From Candidatus Thorarchaeota archaeon (GTDB taxonomy: Archaea > Asgardarchaeota > Thorarchaeia > Thorarchaeales > Thorarchaeaceae), in NCBI GenBank assembly GCA_048882045.1, contig JBHLRZ010000003.1, positions 1-64,000 on the forward strand: a stretch of 64,000 nucleotides of DNA, written 5' to 3'. A program made the position numbers and the translations under genes. Below the pieces are notes generated by a model that searched no databases, had not been told where the DNA came from, and saw only the letters and a program-made list of their open reading frames with translations. Shown in pieces: positions 47,903-57,127 of the stretch; positions within the stretch are counted from its first letter, which is position 1; every line of letters starts with the position of its first letter.

Positions 47903-49060
47903 TTGCTCGCAGAGAGAAACATTGATGTTCCCGCTAGCGAAATCCGAAAGATCTTCAACAAGATCATCGGAAGGACAGATGTCTTTGACATGACTGTTGG
48001 AATTCCTGATTTTGATACTCCTCAGCACATCAAAGATGCAGCAAAACAAGCCATTGATGAGGGCTATACAACCTACACACACAATGCTGGATACATAGAA
48101 ACTAGAGAGGCTATTGCTAAGAAGCTCGAGCGTGACAACGAAATCACGGCAGATCCAGAAACGGAGCTCATTCTGACAGCAGGAGGGATGGGTGCGCTAG
48201 TCCTAGCAAACCTGGTCTTGGTGAATCCCGGAGACGAAGTAATCTACCCAGATCCAGGGTTTGTAAGTCATTTTGCGCATATCAAACTGGCAGGAGGAGA
48301 ACCGGTTCCAATCCAATTGAAGAGAGAGAATGGGTTTGGAATCACTGCAGAGGACGTAGAGTCCCTAATCACTCCTAAGACCAAGATGCTAGTCATGAAC
48401 TTTCCAAATAACCCAACTGGAGGTGTAATATCCAATGGGGAACTTAGAAAGATTGCTGAGCTGTGCATTGAGAAAGATATCTATGTAATAGCTGATGAGG
48501 CATATGAGAAGTTCAGATATGGTGATGATAAACCGTTATTCATAGGATCACTATCAGGTATGAAAGAGCGAACTTTGTCTGTCTTTTCTCTTTCGAAGAC
48601 ATATGCAATGACAGGTTGGAGAATTGCGGCAGCTACAGGTTCAAGTGAACTGATTGGAGCCATGACAAAGCTTCAGGAACATGTTATTGCAATGCCAACT
48701 ACGATTGCTCAGAAAGCCGCTGAAGCAGCAGCCACAGGACCACAAGATTGCGTAGCTGATATGCTTAGGACCTTCAAGAAGCGAAGAGACCTCATCACCA
48801 AGGGACTCAATGACATTGAGGGGGTAGAGCTAGATCCCCCTGGTGGAGCTTTCTATGCATTTCCAGATGTGTCATCATATGGTATCAAATCATTCGACTT
48901 GGTCCATCAAATCCTCAAAGAAACCAATGTCGTCACTGTTCATGGTACAGCATTTGGTCATTTCGGGGAGGGATTCCTCCGGTTGTGCTACGCTGTTTCT
49001 ACTGAAAGAATCAATGAGGCACTTAGTAGACTCGATTCATACTTACCTAAGTTACTCTGA
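47903..49060 (+). CDS. PLP-dependent aminotransferase class I/II (AspC-like)
   Basis: GIPDF, YTHNAG, NFPNNPTG, ADEAY, SLSKTYAMTGWRI, GAFYAFP, FLRLCYA. Confidence 0.95.
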   Translation: MLAERNIDVPASEIRKIFNKIIGRTDVFDMTVGIPDFDTPQHIKDAAKQAIDEGYTTYTHNAGYIETREAIAKKLERDNEITADPETELILTAGGMGALVLANLVLVNPGDEVIYPDPGFVSHFAHIKLAGGEPVPIQLKRENGFGITAEDVESLITPKTKMLVMNFPNNPTGGVISNGELRKIAELCIEKDIYVIADEAYEKFRYGDDKPLFIGSLSGMKERTLSVFSLSKTYAMTGWRIAAATGSSELIGAMTKLQEHVIAMPTTIAQKAAEAAATGPQDCVADMLRTFKKRRDLITKGLNDIEGVELDPPGGAFYAFPDVSSYGIKSFDLVHQILKETNVVTVHGTAFGHFGEGFLRLCYAVSTERINEALSRLDSYLPKLL

Positions 49061-49069
49061 TTTTGCTCT

Positions 49070-51433
49070 ATGGGAAAAGTAAAGAATACAGAAGTGAATG
49101 TGTTTAGAATGACTTCCCGCAGTCAGCGAATAAAACAACGGATGCTTGATTCCGAACCTACGATATCAGCGGAAAGAGCAGTCCTATTCACAGAGTATGT
49201 TAAGCAGCACTGGTCAGAACCTACAATGACCCGTCTTGCGGGAGGATTTGCCCACGTCCTTGATAACATGACAATTCGCATCTTACCGGATGAATTGATT
49301 GTTGGCAACATGGGACCTACACCTAGGTCCTGTCAGATTTTCCCCGAGTACAGTTGGAAATGGATCGAGGAGGAGTTAGACCGATTTGAGAGTAGGAGGA
49401 CCGAGAAGTTCGTTATCAGTGAAGAGGATAAGTCTAAACTTAGGGAAGTCTTTGGTTTCTGGGAAGGAAAGAGCACCTCAGAAATTGCGTACCAACGAAT
49501 ACCAGACAGGCCTGTAAAAGCATCAAAGGCGGGTCTATTTACGATAGGAGCACCCGGAACTGGAATAGGTCATGTAATCGTAGATTACGAGAAAGTCATT
49601 ACGAGGGGTCTCAATAGCATTCTCAAACAGATAATGGCAAAAGACTCCGAATTCTACAATGCAGTTAGGGTAGAGATAGAAGCTGTAATAAGATTCTCAG
49701 AGAGATTCTCCTCGTTAGCTGCTAAAGAAGCTGAGAGGGAAGAGGAACCAAAGAGGAAAGCTGAACTTGAGGAAATCTCTCGAATCTGCGCGAAGGTTCC
49801 TGCTGAACCAGCTGAGTCATTCCATGAAGCGCTCCAGTCTTTCTGGTTCATTCACCTTCTGATTCAGACCGAATCAAATGGTCATTCGATGTCAACAGGA
49901 CGATTCGATCAGTATCTATTCCCATATTATAATGAAGACATCAAGTCTGGAAAATTGAAACGAGAGGAGGCAGTTGAACTCCTCGAACTTCTATGGGTGA
50001 AGTTTACTTCATTGATTAAATTGCGCAATGAATACTATAGCATTGCTTTTGCTGGCCACCCGATGTTTCAGAACCTCACCATTGGAGGTCAAGATGAAAA
50101 CGGAAAAGACGCTTCGAATGAACTAACGAAATTAATTCTTGAAGTAACTGGGAACATCAGAGTCACACAACCCAGTGTTTCATATAGATGGCACAAGAAA
50201 ACACCTGAAGACATCAGATTCATGATAGTCGATGTTATTTCCAAAGGTCTTGGGATGCCAGGTCTCTTCAATGACGATGCAATCATACCTATGATGCTGG
50301 AAAAGAAGAGCGAGTCCACAGATGCAATGGATTACTCAATACTTGGGTGTGTTGAACCCATAGTTGGCGGGAAATCAGACCCGCGTCAGAACATTGGATA
50401 TGTGAATCTACCCAAAATCTTGGAGATCACGTTGAACAATGGAAGAGACCCAAAAAATGGCGAACTTGTAGGAAGAGAAACTGGTGATCCAAGAGAGTTT
50501 AAGTCATTTAATGAGTTGTGGATAGCTTTCACAGAGCAGGTCGACTATACAATCGAACTTCTTACTACAGCTGACAAAATTACTGCAGGAGTCCACGTCG
50601 ATCACACTCCCACACCATTCATATCTTCTCTACTCGAAGGAAGTCTGGATTCTGGAAAATCCATGCAAGAAGGTGGTGTGAAATACAACTCAGGCGGAAT
50701 TATGGGAGTTGGAATTGCTATCGTCGCAGATTCATTAGAGGTCCTCAGAAAATATGTCTTTGAAAAGCAAGAGATCACAATGGATGAGTTAATTCAGGTT
50801 ATGGCAGATGACTGGAACGGACACGAGGAACTCAGAGTCAAGTTTGAAAACGATCCTGCAAAGTATGGAAATGACATAGAACGTGTTGACTACCTCGCAA
50901 GAGATACAGGGAAGACATTCTGCGAATCAATTCAGAGTCGGATGACAACACGTGGTGGTCCATACCATGGAGCGTTGTTCTCAGTATCTATGTATATCCC
51001 TCAAGGAGAGGTGCTTGGAGCAACACCGGATGGTCGTAAAGCTGGTTACATGCTCTCCGACGGTGTTTCACCAACACAGAATAGGGATGTTAATGGACCC
51101 ACTGCTGCAATGAAGTCTGTTGCACGACTCGACCATTCCAAATGCTACAATGGAACGTTGTACAACATGAAGTTTTCACCTGACTTCTTTAGCAATGAGT
51201 CCCATCGGCGTAAATTCATCGGAATGATTGATGCATACTTTGAGATGGGAGGATTACATCTCCAATTCAATGTGGTTTCAAAGGAGACCCTTGAGGATGC
51301 AAAGGTCAATCCATTGCAACACAGAGACCTCATTGTAAGAGTTGCTGGATATAGTGCATACTTCATCGAATTGGATCCCTTCGTCCAGGATGAAGTTATT
51401 GCTAGGACAGAGTTTTCGAGTTCACATGTTTAA
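49070..51433 (+). CDS. glycyl radical enzyme, diol-dehydratase/PFL2-type (eliminase class)
   Basis: ELIVG, GIGHVIVDY, ESNGHS, GRFDQY, FQNLTIGG, GCVEP (single Cys), ATPDGRKAG, RVAGYS glycyl-radical loop. Confidence 0.95.
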   Translation: MGKVKNTEVNVFRMTSRSQRIKQRMLDSEPTISAERAVLFTEYVKQHWSEPTMTRLAGGFAHVLDNMTIRILPDELIVGNMGPTPRSCQIFPEYSWKWIEEELDRFESRRTEKFVISEEDKSKLREVFGFWEGKSTSEIAYQRIPDRPVKASKAGLFTIGAPGTGIGHVIVDYEKVITRGLNSILKQIMAKDSEFYNAVRVEIEAVIRFSERFSSLAAKEAEREEEPKRKAELEEISRICAKVPAEPAESFHEALQSFWFIHLLIQTESNGHSMSTGRFDQYLFPYYNEDIKSGKLKREEAVELLELLWVKFTSLIKLRNEYYSIAFAGHPMFQNLTIGGQDENGKDASNELTKLILEVTGNIRVTQPSVSYRWHKKTPEDIRFMIVDVISKGLGMPGLFNDDAIIPMMLEKKSESTDAMDYSILGCVEPIVGGKSDPRQNIGYVNLPKILEITLNNGRDPKNGELVGRETGDPREFKSFNELWIAFTEQVDYTIELLTTADKITAGVHVDHTPTPFISSLLEGSLDSGKSMQEGGVKYNSGGIMGVGIAIVADSLEVLRKYVFEKQEITMDELIQVMADDWNGHEELRVKFENDPAKYGNDIERVDYLARDTGKTFCESIQSRMTTRGGPYHGALFSVSMYIPQGEVLGATPDGRKAGYMLSDGVSPTQNRDVNGPTAAMKSVARLDHSKCYNGTLYNMKFSPDFFSNESHRRKFIGMIDAYFEMGGLHLQFNVVSKETLEDAKVNPLQHRDLIVRVAGYSAYFIELDPFVQDEVIARTEFSSSHV

Positions 51434-51515
51434 GCTCGATCATTGAGTCAACGGCAGATTTAACATTTCCAGAGGACGTTCTATTGATTGTTGAACAGAG
51501 AGTGAGTTGTGACAG

Positions 51516-52511
51516 ATGGGTTACGACGTGGTCACCTTTGGAGAAGTGATGCTTCGACTCTCTCCACCTGACTTTATGCGCTTCGAACAGACACACAGCT
51601 TCAACGCTCATGCTGGAGGAGCTGAGATGAATGTAGCCGTTGCATGTGCTCGATTGGAACTCAGCTCGGCTTATGTCACTAAACTTGGAGACAATTCAAT
51701 TGGTCACTTCATTAGAAACAAAGCAAGAGAACATGGTGTTGATACATCGCACATCTTGTGGGACCCAGATAGTAGATGCGGGGTCTATTTTGTAGAGTTT
51801 GGAGCGGCTCCTAGAACCAACCGTGTCATCTATGATCGCAAGGAGTCTGCAATAAGCAAGATTAAACCAGGAGAGGTTGATTGGAAGAAAATCCTGAAGG
51901 GCACCAAACTCTTCCATACAAGCGGAATCACACCAGCGCTCAGCAAAAGCTGTGCAGAGGTTACCAGTGAGGCTCTTACTATTGCCCAAGAACAAGGAGC
52001 CAAAGTGTCGTATGATGTCAACTATCGAGGGAAACTTTGGACTCCCAAACAGGCACAGAAGTTCACTGAACCTGCGTCTGAAAGTATTGACATTCTGATT
52101 ACTACTGAAGAAGACACCAAGGTAGTCTATGGGATAGAAGGAAAAGACTACGAAGATGTAGCCGCCAAGCTCATCGACAAGTTCGGATTCGAGGTAGTAG
52201 TCATAACAATAAGAGAAACTCCTACTGTACTGCAAAACAAATGGTCTGTCTTTGCCTATTCCGATGGGAAAGTATACAGAAGTCCAACCTATGACGTAGA
52301 AGTTATCGACCGTCTTGGCGGAGGTGACTCATGTAGTGCTGGTTTCATCTATGGTTATCTAGAGCTAAAAGACTTGCAGAAAGCAGTTGATTTTGGTTCA
52401 GCATTCTCAGCATTGAAACACTCAGTTCCCGGAGACCTGGCATTTGTATACAAGTCAGAAGTCGAGAAACTAATCAAAGGTCGCGAACGAGGCCTTCGCA
52501 TTGATAGGTGA
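51516..52511 (+). CDS. kdgK: 2-keto-3-deoxygluconate kinase (PfkB family)
   Basis: FGEVMLRLSP, GGAEMNVA, VIYDRKESA, HTSGITPAL, YDVNYRGKLW, DRLGGGDS, ALKHSVPGD. Confidence 0.88.
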   Translation: MGYDVVTFGEVMLRLSPPDFMRFEQTHSFNAHAGGAEMNVAVACARLELSSAYVTKLGDNSIGHFIRNKAREHGVDTSHILWDPDSRCGVYFVEFGAAPRTNRVIYDRKESAISKIKPGEVDWKKILKGTKLFHTSGITPALSKSCAEVTSEALTIAQEQGAKVSYDVNYRGKLWTPKQAQKFTEPASESIDILITTEEDTKVVYGIEGKDYEDVAAKLIDKFGFEVVVITIRETPTVLQNKWSVFAYSDGKVYRSPTYDVEVIDRLGGGDSCSAGFIYGYLELKDLQKAVDFGSAFSALKHSVPGDLAFVYKSEVEKLIKGRERGLRIDR

Positions 52512-53167
52512 TTGAAATGTGGACAAAAGATAGAGCAATGAAGCTGATCCATGACACCGGTCTGATCCCAATTATCCGTGTTGAATCTGCGGAAATTGCA
52601 TTCAAAGTAGCGGAGGCATTTCTTGATGGGGGAATCAATATCATTGAGGTGACAATGAGTGTTCCAGGAGCAGTTGATGTTGTCAAGAAACTTGTTGAAC
52701 AGTTCGGTGACAAAGTGTTGATTGGTACTGGGACAGTTGTGAACGCAAAGATGATTGACAAGGTCGTCAAAGCAGGAAGCGAGTTCATTGTGAGCCCGAA
52801 TTACCACCTTTCCATGGTCAAAGTTGCTCATAGTTTGAAGAAACCTATCATTCCTGGAGCTCTAACTCCTTCTGAGATCTATAATGCGTACGCGAATGGA
52901 GCAGACGCAGTGAAGGTCTTTCCTGTTGGAAATGTGGGTGGTGCAGCCTACTTGAAGGCGATCAGAGGACCATTACCTCAAATCCCACTTGTTCCGACAG
53001 GTGGAGTGAACCTAGAAACCGCAGGACCGATGCTTGACGCTGGAGCCTATGCTCTTGGAGTTGGTAGTGCCATTACCGACAAGAAGGCAATCAAAGACGG
53101 GCGTTTTGAGGTCATAACAGAGAATGTCAGGAAGTTTCTTGAAATTGTGAAGACACACCGAAGCTAA
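52508..53167 (+). CDS. eda: KDPG/KHG aldolase
   Basis: IPIIR, GGINIIEVT, IGTGTV, FIVSP, PGALTPSEI, VKVFP (Schiff-base Lys), VPTGGV; 4-nt overlap with kdgK. Confidence 0.92.
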   Translation: MIEMWTKDRAMKLIHDTGLIPIIRVESAEIAFKVAEAFLDGGINIIEVTMSVPGAVDVVKKLVEQFGDKVLIGTGTVVNAKMIDKVVKAGSEFIVSPNYHLSMVKVAHSLKKPIIPGALTPSEIYNAYANGADAVKVFPVGNVGGAAYLKAIRGPLPQIPLVPTGGVNLETAGPMLDAGAYALGVGSAITDKKAIKDGRFEVITENVRKFLEIVKTHRS

Positions 53168-54009
53168 GTGAGCTTCTGCAAAATGGCAATCATGTGAGTT
53201 CCTCCATCAATTGCACTTAGCTCTCGACAAAAATCGAGCTCCCACTTGAGGAACATCTTCCATTTCATGGTATCTTTTGTGAGCTCGATTAGGTATTCCT
53301 CATTGAACAGACCATTTGACAGATAGTTTGCAGCAGATACGTCCAAAATATCCACGGGATGTTTGGAAAGGACCGCACTATATTCACTCCATCGATACAT
53401 ATGGCATTGATGAGTTCCTTCCCCAGCCAAATCGCCAACTACATCGCCAGTACGGGTAAGCTCGTCAAACTTCTCTAATCCGATGTTTTCAAACTCCTCG
53501 AAGACATTCCTAATGAGGTGATGATATGTGCCAAGACAAGACATTACACTTGTGAAGATGATTCCTCGAGGTTTTGTAACTCGGATAACTTCATCTAGAG
53601 CATCATCGACGAATTCTAGGACATAACTAAGAGGGCCACCATATAAGACAGTTGCATCATACTCGTTGTCCGGAATTCCCTCTAGATTTAGAATATCCAA
53701 CTTCCTTCTCCATTCGACGCTATCATCGAAACCAGCATCTTTGACCTTTTCCTTGTTCAAACGGAGTTGTTCGTTGGAAATATCTACTACAGATATACGA
53801 GCACCAAGTTTGGCCAACTCGATTGTGAAGCGTCCCGGTCCAGAACCAATCTCAAGTACTCGGTCACCCTTCTTGAGGTGCTTTCGAAGGAAGTGTTGAT
53901 GAATGTGAAACTGAACCTTTCCCTTTGGAGTCCTGTCAAGTCGTTCCCATTCATCATCAGTGAATTTGTCAAAATACCCCTCAATCATTTTTGGATCATA
54001 CATTGGCAA
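53164..54009 (-). CDS. class I SAM-dependent methyltransferase
   Basis: EWERL, VLEIGSGPGRF, VVDIS, YGGPLSY, RVTKPRG. Confidence 0.9.
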   Translation of the reverse strand: MPMYDPKMIEGYFDKFTDDEWERLDRTPKGKVQFHIHQHFLRKHLKKGDRVLEIGSGPGRFTIELAKLGARISVVDISNEQLRLNKEKVKDAGFDDSVEWRRKLDILNLEGIPDNEYDATVLYGGPLSYVLEFVDDALDEVIRVTKPRGIIFTSVMSCLGTYHHLIRNVFEEFENIGLEKFDELTRTGDVVGDLAGEGTHQCHMYRWSEYSAVLSKHPVDILDVSAANYLSNGLFNEEYLIELTKDTMKWKMFLKWELDFCRELSAIDGGTHMIAILQKLT

Positions 54010-54148
54010 TTATATCGACTCCTGACCACTCTTCTTTGTTTAGTCATGTAGTACTAAAAGACTGTGGTCAAATCGGATTATCCTTGGTCAAAAAGGAAAC
54101 AACTAAATCTAGGCCGGAATCAGCACGAGGGCATTGGAGTGCTAAGAG

Positions 54149-54475
54149 ATGACTCAGGACTTACTTGAACTCATGCGGGAAAGACTCGCAATTGGACTTG
54201 AACGAGAGAAAACAATTGAAGCCATCGAAGGATGGGAACGCACAGCACAACTAACCTTGAAGGAAGGATCGGTTTTTCATTTCATTGTGAAAGACAACAC
54301 TATCACTCTGCATGAAGGACCACTAGACAATGCAGACATGAAAATTGAGAGTGATGAAGATACAATTCGCAAGCTTTTCCTTGAAGAGATGAGTGCAGCA
54401 TCAGCACTCTTCAAGCGAAAGCTGAAAGTAAAAGGATCCACTAGGGATCTGATGAAACTAAAACATATCTTCTGA
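54149..54475 (+). CDS. SCP2 sterol/lipid-binding domain protein
   Basis: LHEG...ADMKIESD...ASALFKRKLKVKGS..DLMKL. Confidence 0.85.
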   Translation: MTQDLLELMRERLAIGLEREKTIEAIEGWERTAQLTLKEGSVFHFIVKDNTITLHEGPLDNADMKIESDEDTIRKLFLEEMSAASALFKRKLKVKGSTRDLMKLKHIF

Positions 54476-54498
54476 ATCTGGGTCGAGAGTGAGTAGCA

Positions 54499-55905
54499 AT
54501 GGATAAGATTGTGATCAAGAAGTTAGAGGAGATAGTAGGTGAAGAATATGTATCAACAAGGCCAGACGTATTGTTGACATATTCACAGACCGCTTCTATG
54601 GCTGTGGAGCCAGTGAAACCTGCAGCTGTTGTTCGTCCTGCAAATACAGCTGAAGTTTCGCAGATATTAGCACTTGCGAACGAGCACAAAATACCCGTGA
54701 CTCCCAGATCAGGAGGATCTAGTCTACAAGGGGAGGCAATTCCTAAACCTGGAGGAATTGTCGTTGAAGTGCTTCGGTTAGAATCGATAGAGCTCTATGA
54801 AGACCTTCGATCCGTGACAGTTGGAGCAGGAGTCACATATGGTGCATTGGACAAGTTCCTTGATAGACACGGTCTCTTTGTTCCAGTCTATCCAGAATCT
54901 TCACTAATCTGCACAGTAGCTGGAAACGTTGCAGTTAATGGTGCTGGACCGGGTTCGAGTCTGTATGGTAGTACTGGTGAGATGGTTCTCGGATTAGAAG
55001 TAGTGCTACCGGACGGCACAATAATTCAGACAGGGTCTGAAGCTAATCCCAATGCTCCTGGACCATTCATCCGCTATGCTTTTGGGCCAGACCTTACTGG
55101 TATTTTCATAGGGTCGTGCGGAAGTTTCGGGATAATCACGAAAGTATCTGTGAAGACATACAAGAGAGTGAAATACTTCGATTACAACATGTACGGTTTT
55201 GATGAGGTAGCACAGGCTGAACAGTTTATGGTCGAGATAAAGCAAAACGAGATCAATGGTCTCTTCACATCACTCTACTCTGGAGAAGTCCTTGACCTTT
55301 TCATGGACATGCTCGCCGAAGAGCTTGGATTTCCACCTTTTGAACACGCCCCTCGTACAATCTCAATGACAATAGGAGGTATACGAGAGGACATTGTGGA
55401 AAGTGATGCCAAACTCGCCCGAGAAATCTGTGAGAGCTTGGGAGGTAGAGTATTGAATGTTCCAGAAATGCCACAACAGGAGTGGGAGGGACGCCTCTGG
55501 AATTTCGCACGTGCTTCATATGCTCACGGATGGCATTGGCGGACACTCTATCATCATCAGACACCAACAAACTCCCACAGGTCTGTAGAAATAATAGAGG
55601 ACATGATGGACAAATACAAGTTCTTGGGTCATACTGCGGGCTTCCACACAGGGCACAGCTCCATGAATCTGTACCCTCATATGTATTTTGATCCTCAGGA
55701 TAAAGAGGAGGAACTGAAAGTTGTAAAGGCTCACGGAGAGATTGCAAAGAATCTCTTTAGGTCTGGAGCAGTACCTTTCAAACTCGCAGAGTATTGGAAG
55801 GATGCTATCGAAGGCATGGACAGCTACATGACCTTCTTGAGGTTGATAAAGAACACGATTGACCCCAACAACATTATGAACCCAAGAGTCTTAGGAGGAG
55901 TCTAA
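54499..55905 (+). CDS. FAD-binding oxidoreductase (GlcD / alkyl-DHAP-synthase-like, VAO family)
   Basis: PAAVVRP, PRSGGSS, TVAGN, LGLEVVLPDG, GPDLTGIFIGSCGSFGIITK, DPNNIMNP. Confidence 0.9.
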   Translation: MDKIVIKKLEEIVGEEYVSTRPDVLLTYSQTASMAVEPVKPAAVVRPANTAEVSQILALANEHKIPVTPRSGGSSLQGEAIPKPGGIVVEVLRLESIELYEDLRSVTVGAGVTYGALDKFLDRHGLFVPVYPESSLICTVAGNVAVNGAGPGSSLYGSTGEMVLGLEVVLPDGTIIQTGSEANPNAPGPFIRYAFGPDLTGIFIGSCGSFGIITKVSVKTYKRVKYFDYNMYGFDEVAQAEQFMVEIKQNEINGLFTSLYSGEVLDLFMDMLAEELGFPPFEHAPRTISMTIGGIREDIVESDAKLAREICESLGGRVLNVPEMPQQEWEGRLWNFARASYAHGWHWRTLYHHQTPTNSHRSVEIIEDMMDKYKFLGHTAGFHTGHSSMNLYPHMYFDPQDKEEELKVVKAHGEIAKNLFRSGAVPFKLAEYWKDAIEGMDSYMTFLRLIKNTIDPNNIMNPRVLGGV

Positions 55906-57071
55906 TGATGTCAGAGATAGATCTCGAAGACCTCGTTGAGAACCTGATGCAATGCCGCAGATGCGGACTCTGTAGAAATGCTGTCTACGATAATAGAGGC
56001 TTTGATGGAGTATGTCCCGTATGGAAAAACACAGCAGGTTTTGAAACCAGTTTCATGCGTGGTCGAATACAGGTTGCCTTAGCCCTTCTCGATGGAACAC
56101 TTGAGAAGACTCCAGAGAATGCAGAGGCTCTCTTCACATGCACACTATGTGGTAATTGTACTGAGATCTGTGCATCAGAGTTCGACCCATCGGAATGCTT
56201 AGAAAAGATGAGAGCGGTCCTTAACGACATACCAAATGATGTTCGTGATTCGATCGCGAAGAAGATCATGCAGTTTGACAATCCCTATGAAGAAAATATC
56301 CAGATCAAACGTGAATGGATCAAAGAGGTTGGTTTCGAAGTTCCAACTTCGGGAGATGTACTCTACTATACTGGTTGCACCGCAGGAATTCGACTACCCA
56401 ACATTGCTAAATCAACCGTTATGGTTCTCAAGGCCGCTGACATCGATTTTGCGGTGCTCGAGGATGAGCCATGCTGCGGCAGTGTGATGCTCAGAACAGG
56501 AAGAGCAGATGATGCCAGAAAGAATGCTGAGAAGCTTTCAGAGGTCATCAAGAATTCAGGCGCAAAGAAGATCATTGTAACCTGTGCGGGTTGTCTGAAG
56601 ACTCTCCGAGATGACTACCCGGAACTCGATGTCGAACTTCCTGAGGTTCTACATGTGACTGAGGTGCTCCAAGAGATTGTCAAGGATAGGAAACTCAAAT
56701 TGAAATCATTGGGTAAAGATGTCAAGGTGACATATCATGACCCGTGTCACCTCTCAAGAGCTGCTGGAGTCTATGATGAACCTAGAGAGATCATCAGAGC
56801 TATTCCTGGTGTAGAGTTAGTTGAAATGGAAACAAACCGAGAAGCAGCAATGTGCTGTGGAGCAGGAGGAGGACTCCGTTCCTACGACCCTGCACTTTCA
56901 AAGAAGATAGCAGCAGAACGTGTGAGAAATGCAGTTGAAACTGGAGCGGAAATCATTGTTACTGCCTGTCCATTCTGCGAAAACAACCTCCAAGCTGGTA
57001 TTGAGGTTGAGGGCAGTAAAACAAAGGTTGTAGATGTTGTAGACTTGCTGTTCGAGAGTCTTGAAAAATAA
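55905..57071 (+). CDS. Fe-S oxidoreductase, GlpC/GlcF/HdrD-like
   Basis: CRRCGLC, CTLCGNCTEIC, YTGC, CCGS, CAGC, YHDPCHL, CCGAGGG, ACPFC. Confidence 0.92.
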   Translation: MMSEIDLEDLVENLMQCRRCGLCRNAVYDNRGFDGVCPVWKNTAGFETSFMRGRIQVALALLDGTLEKTPENAEALFTCTLCGNCTEICASEFDPSECLEKMRAVLNDIPNDVRDSIAKKIMQFDNPYEENIQIKREWIKEVGFEVPTSGDVLYYTGCTAGIRLPNIAKSTVMVLKAADIDFAVLEDEPCCGSVMLRTGRADDARKNAEKLSEVIKNSGAKKIIVTCAGCLKTLRDDYPELDVELPEVLHVTEVLQEIVKDRKLKLKSLGKDVKVTYHDPCHLSRAAGVYDEPREIIRAIPGVELVEMETNREAAMCCGAGGGLRSYDPALSKKIAAERVRNAVETGAEIIVTACPFCENNLQAGIEVEGSKTKVVDVVDLLFESLEK

Positions 57072-57107
57072 TAGGTGGGGTGACCATCACCTTTGGCGAT
57101 GGCACCC
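57063..57107 (-). terminator. hairpin plus U tract after SSB gene (convergent junction)
   Basis: On - strand GGGTG-CCATC-GCC-AAA-GGT-GATGG-T-CACCC with a G.U pair, then CACCTATTATTTTT. Confidence 0.5.
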
Positions 57108-57127
57108 AAAAATATTCAGAACTATGA

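Noticed and set aside
49070-51433. GRE as pyruvate formate-lyase, choline TMA-lyase (CutC) or hydroxyproline dehydratase (HypD)
   Set aside because: It has a single Cys rather than the CC pair of PFL. It has GHVIVDY/ESNGHS dehydratase-type motifs rather than the CutC or HypD specificity segments as I recall them. No microcompartment or P5C reductase genes are nearby.
57095-57125. GGCGATGG resembling the start of a fluoride riboswitch
   Set aside because: It is one arm of a hairpin between convergent stop codons, is not upstream of any gene, and lacks the rest of the consensus.
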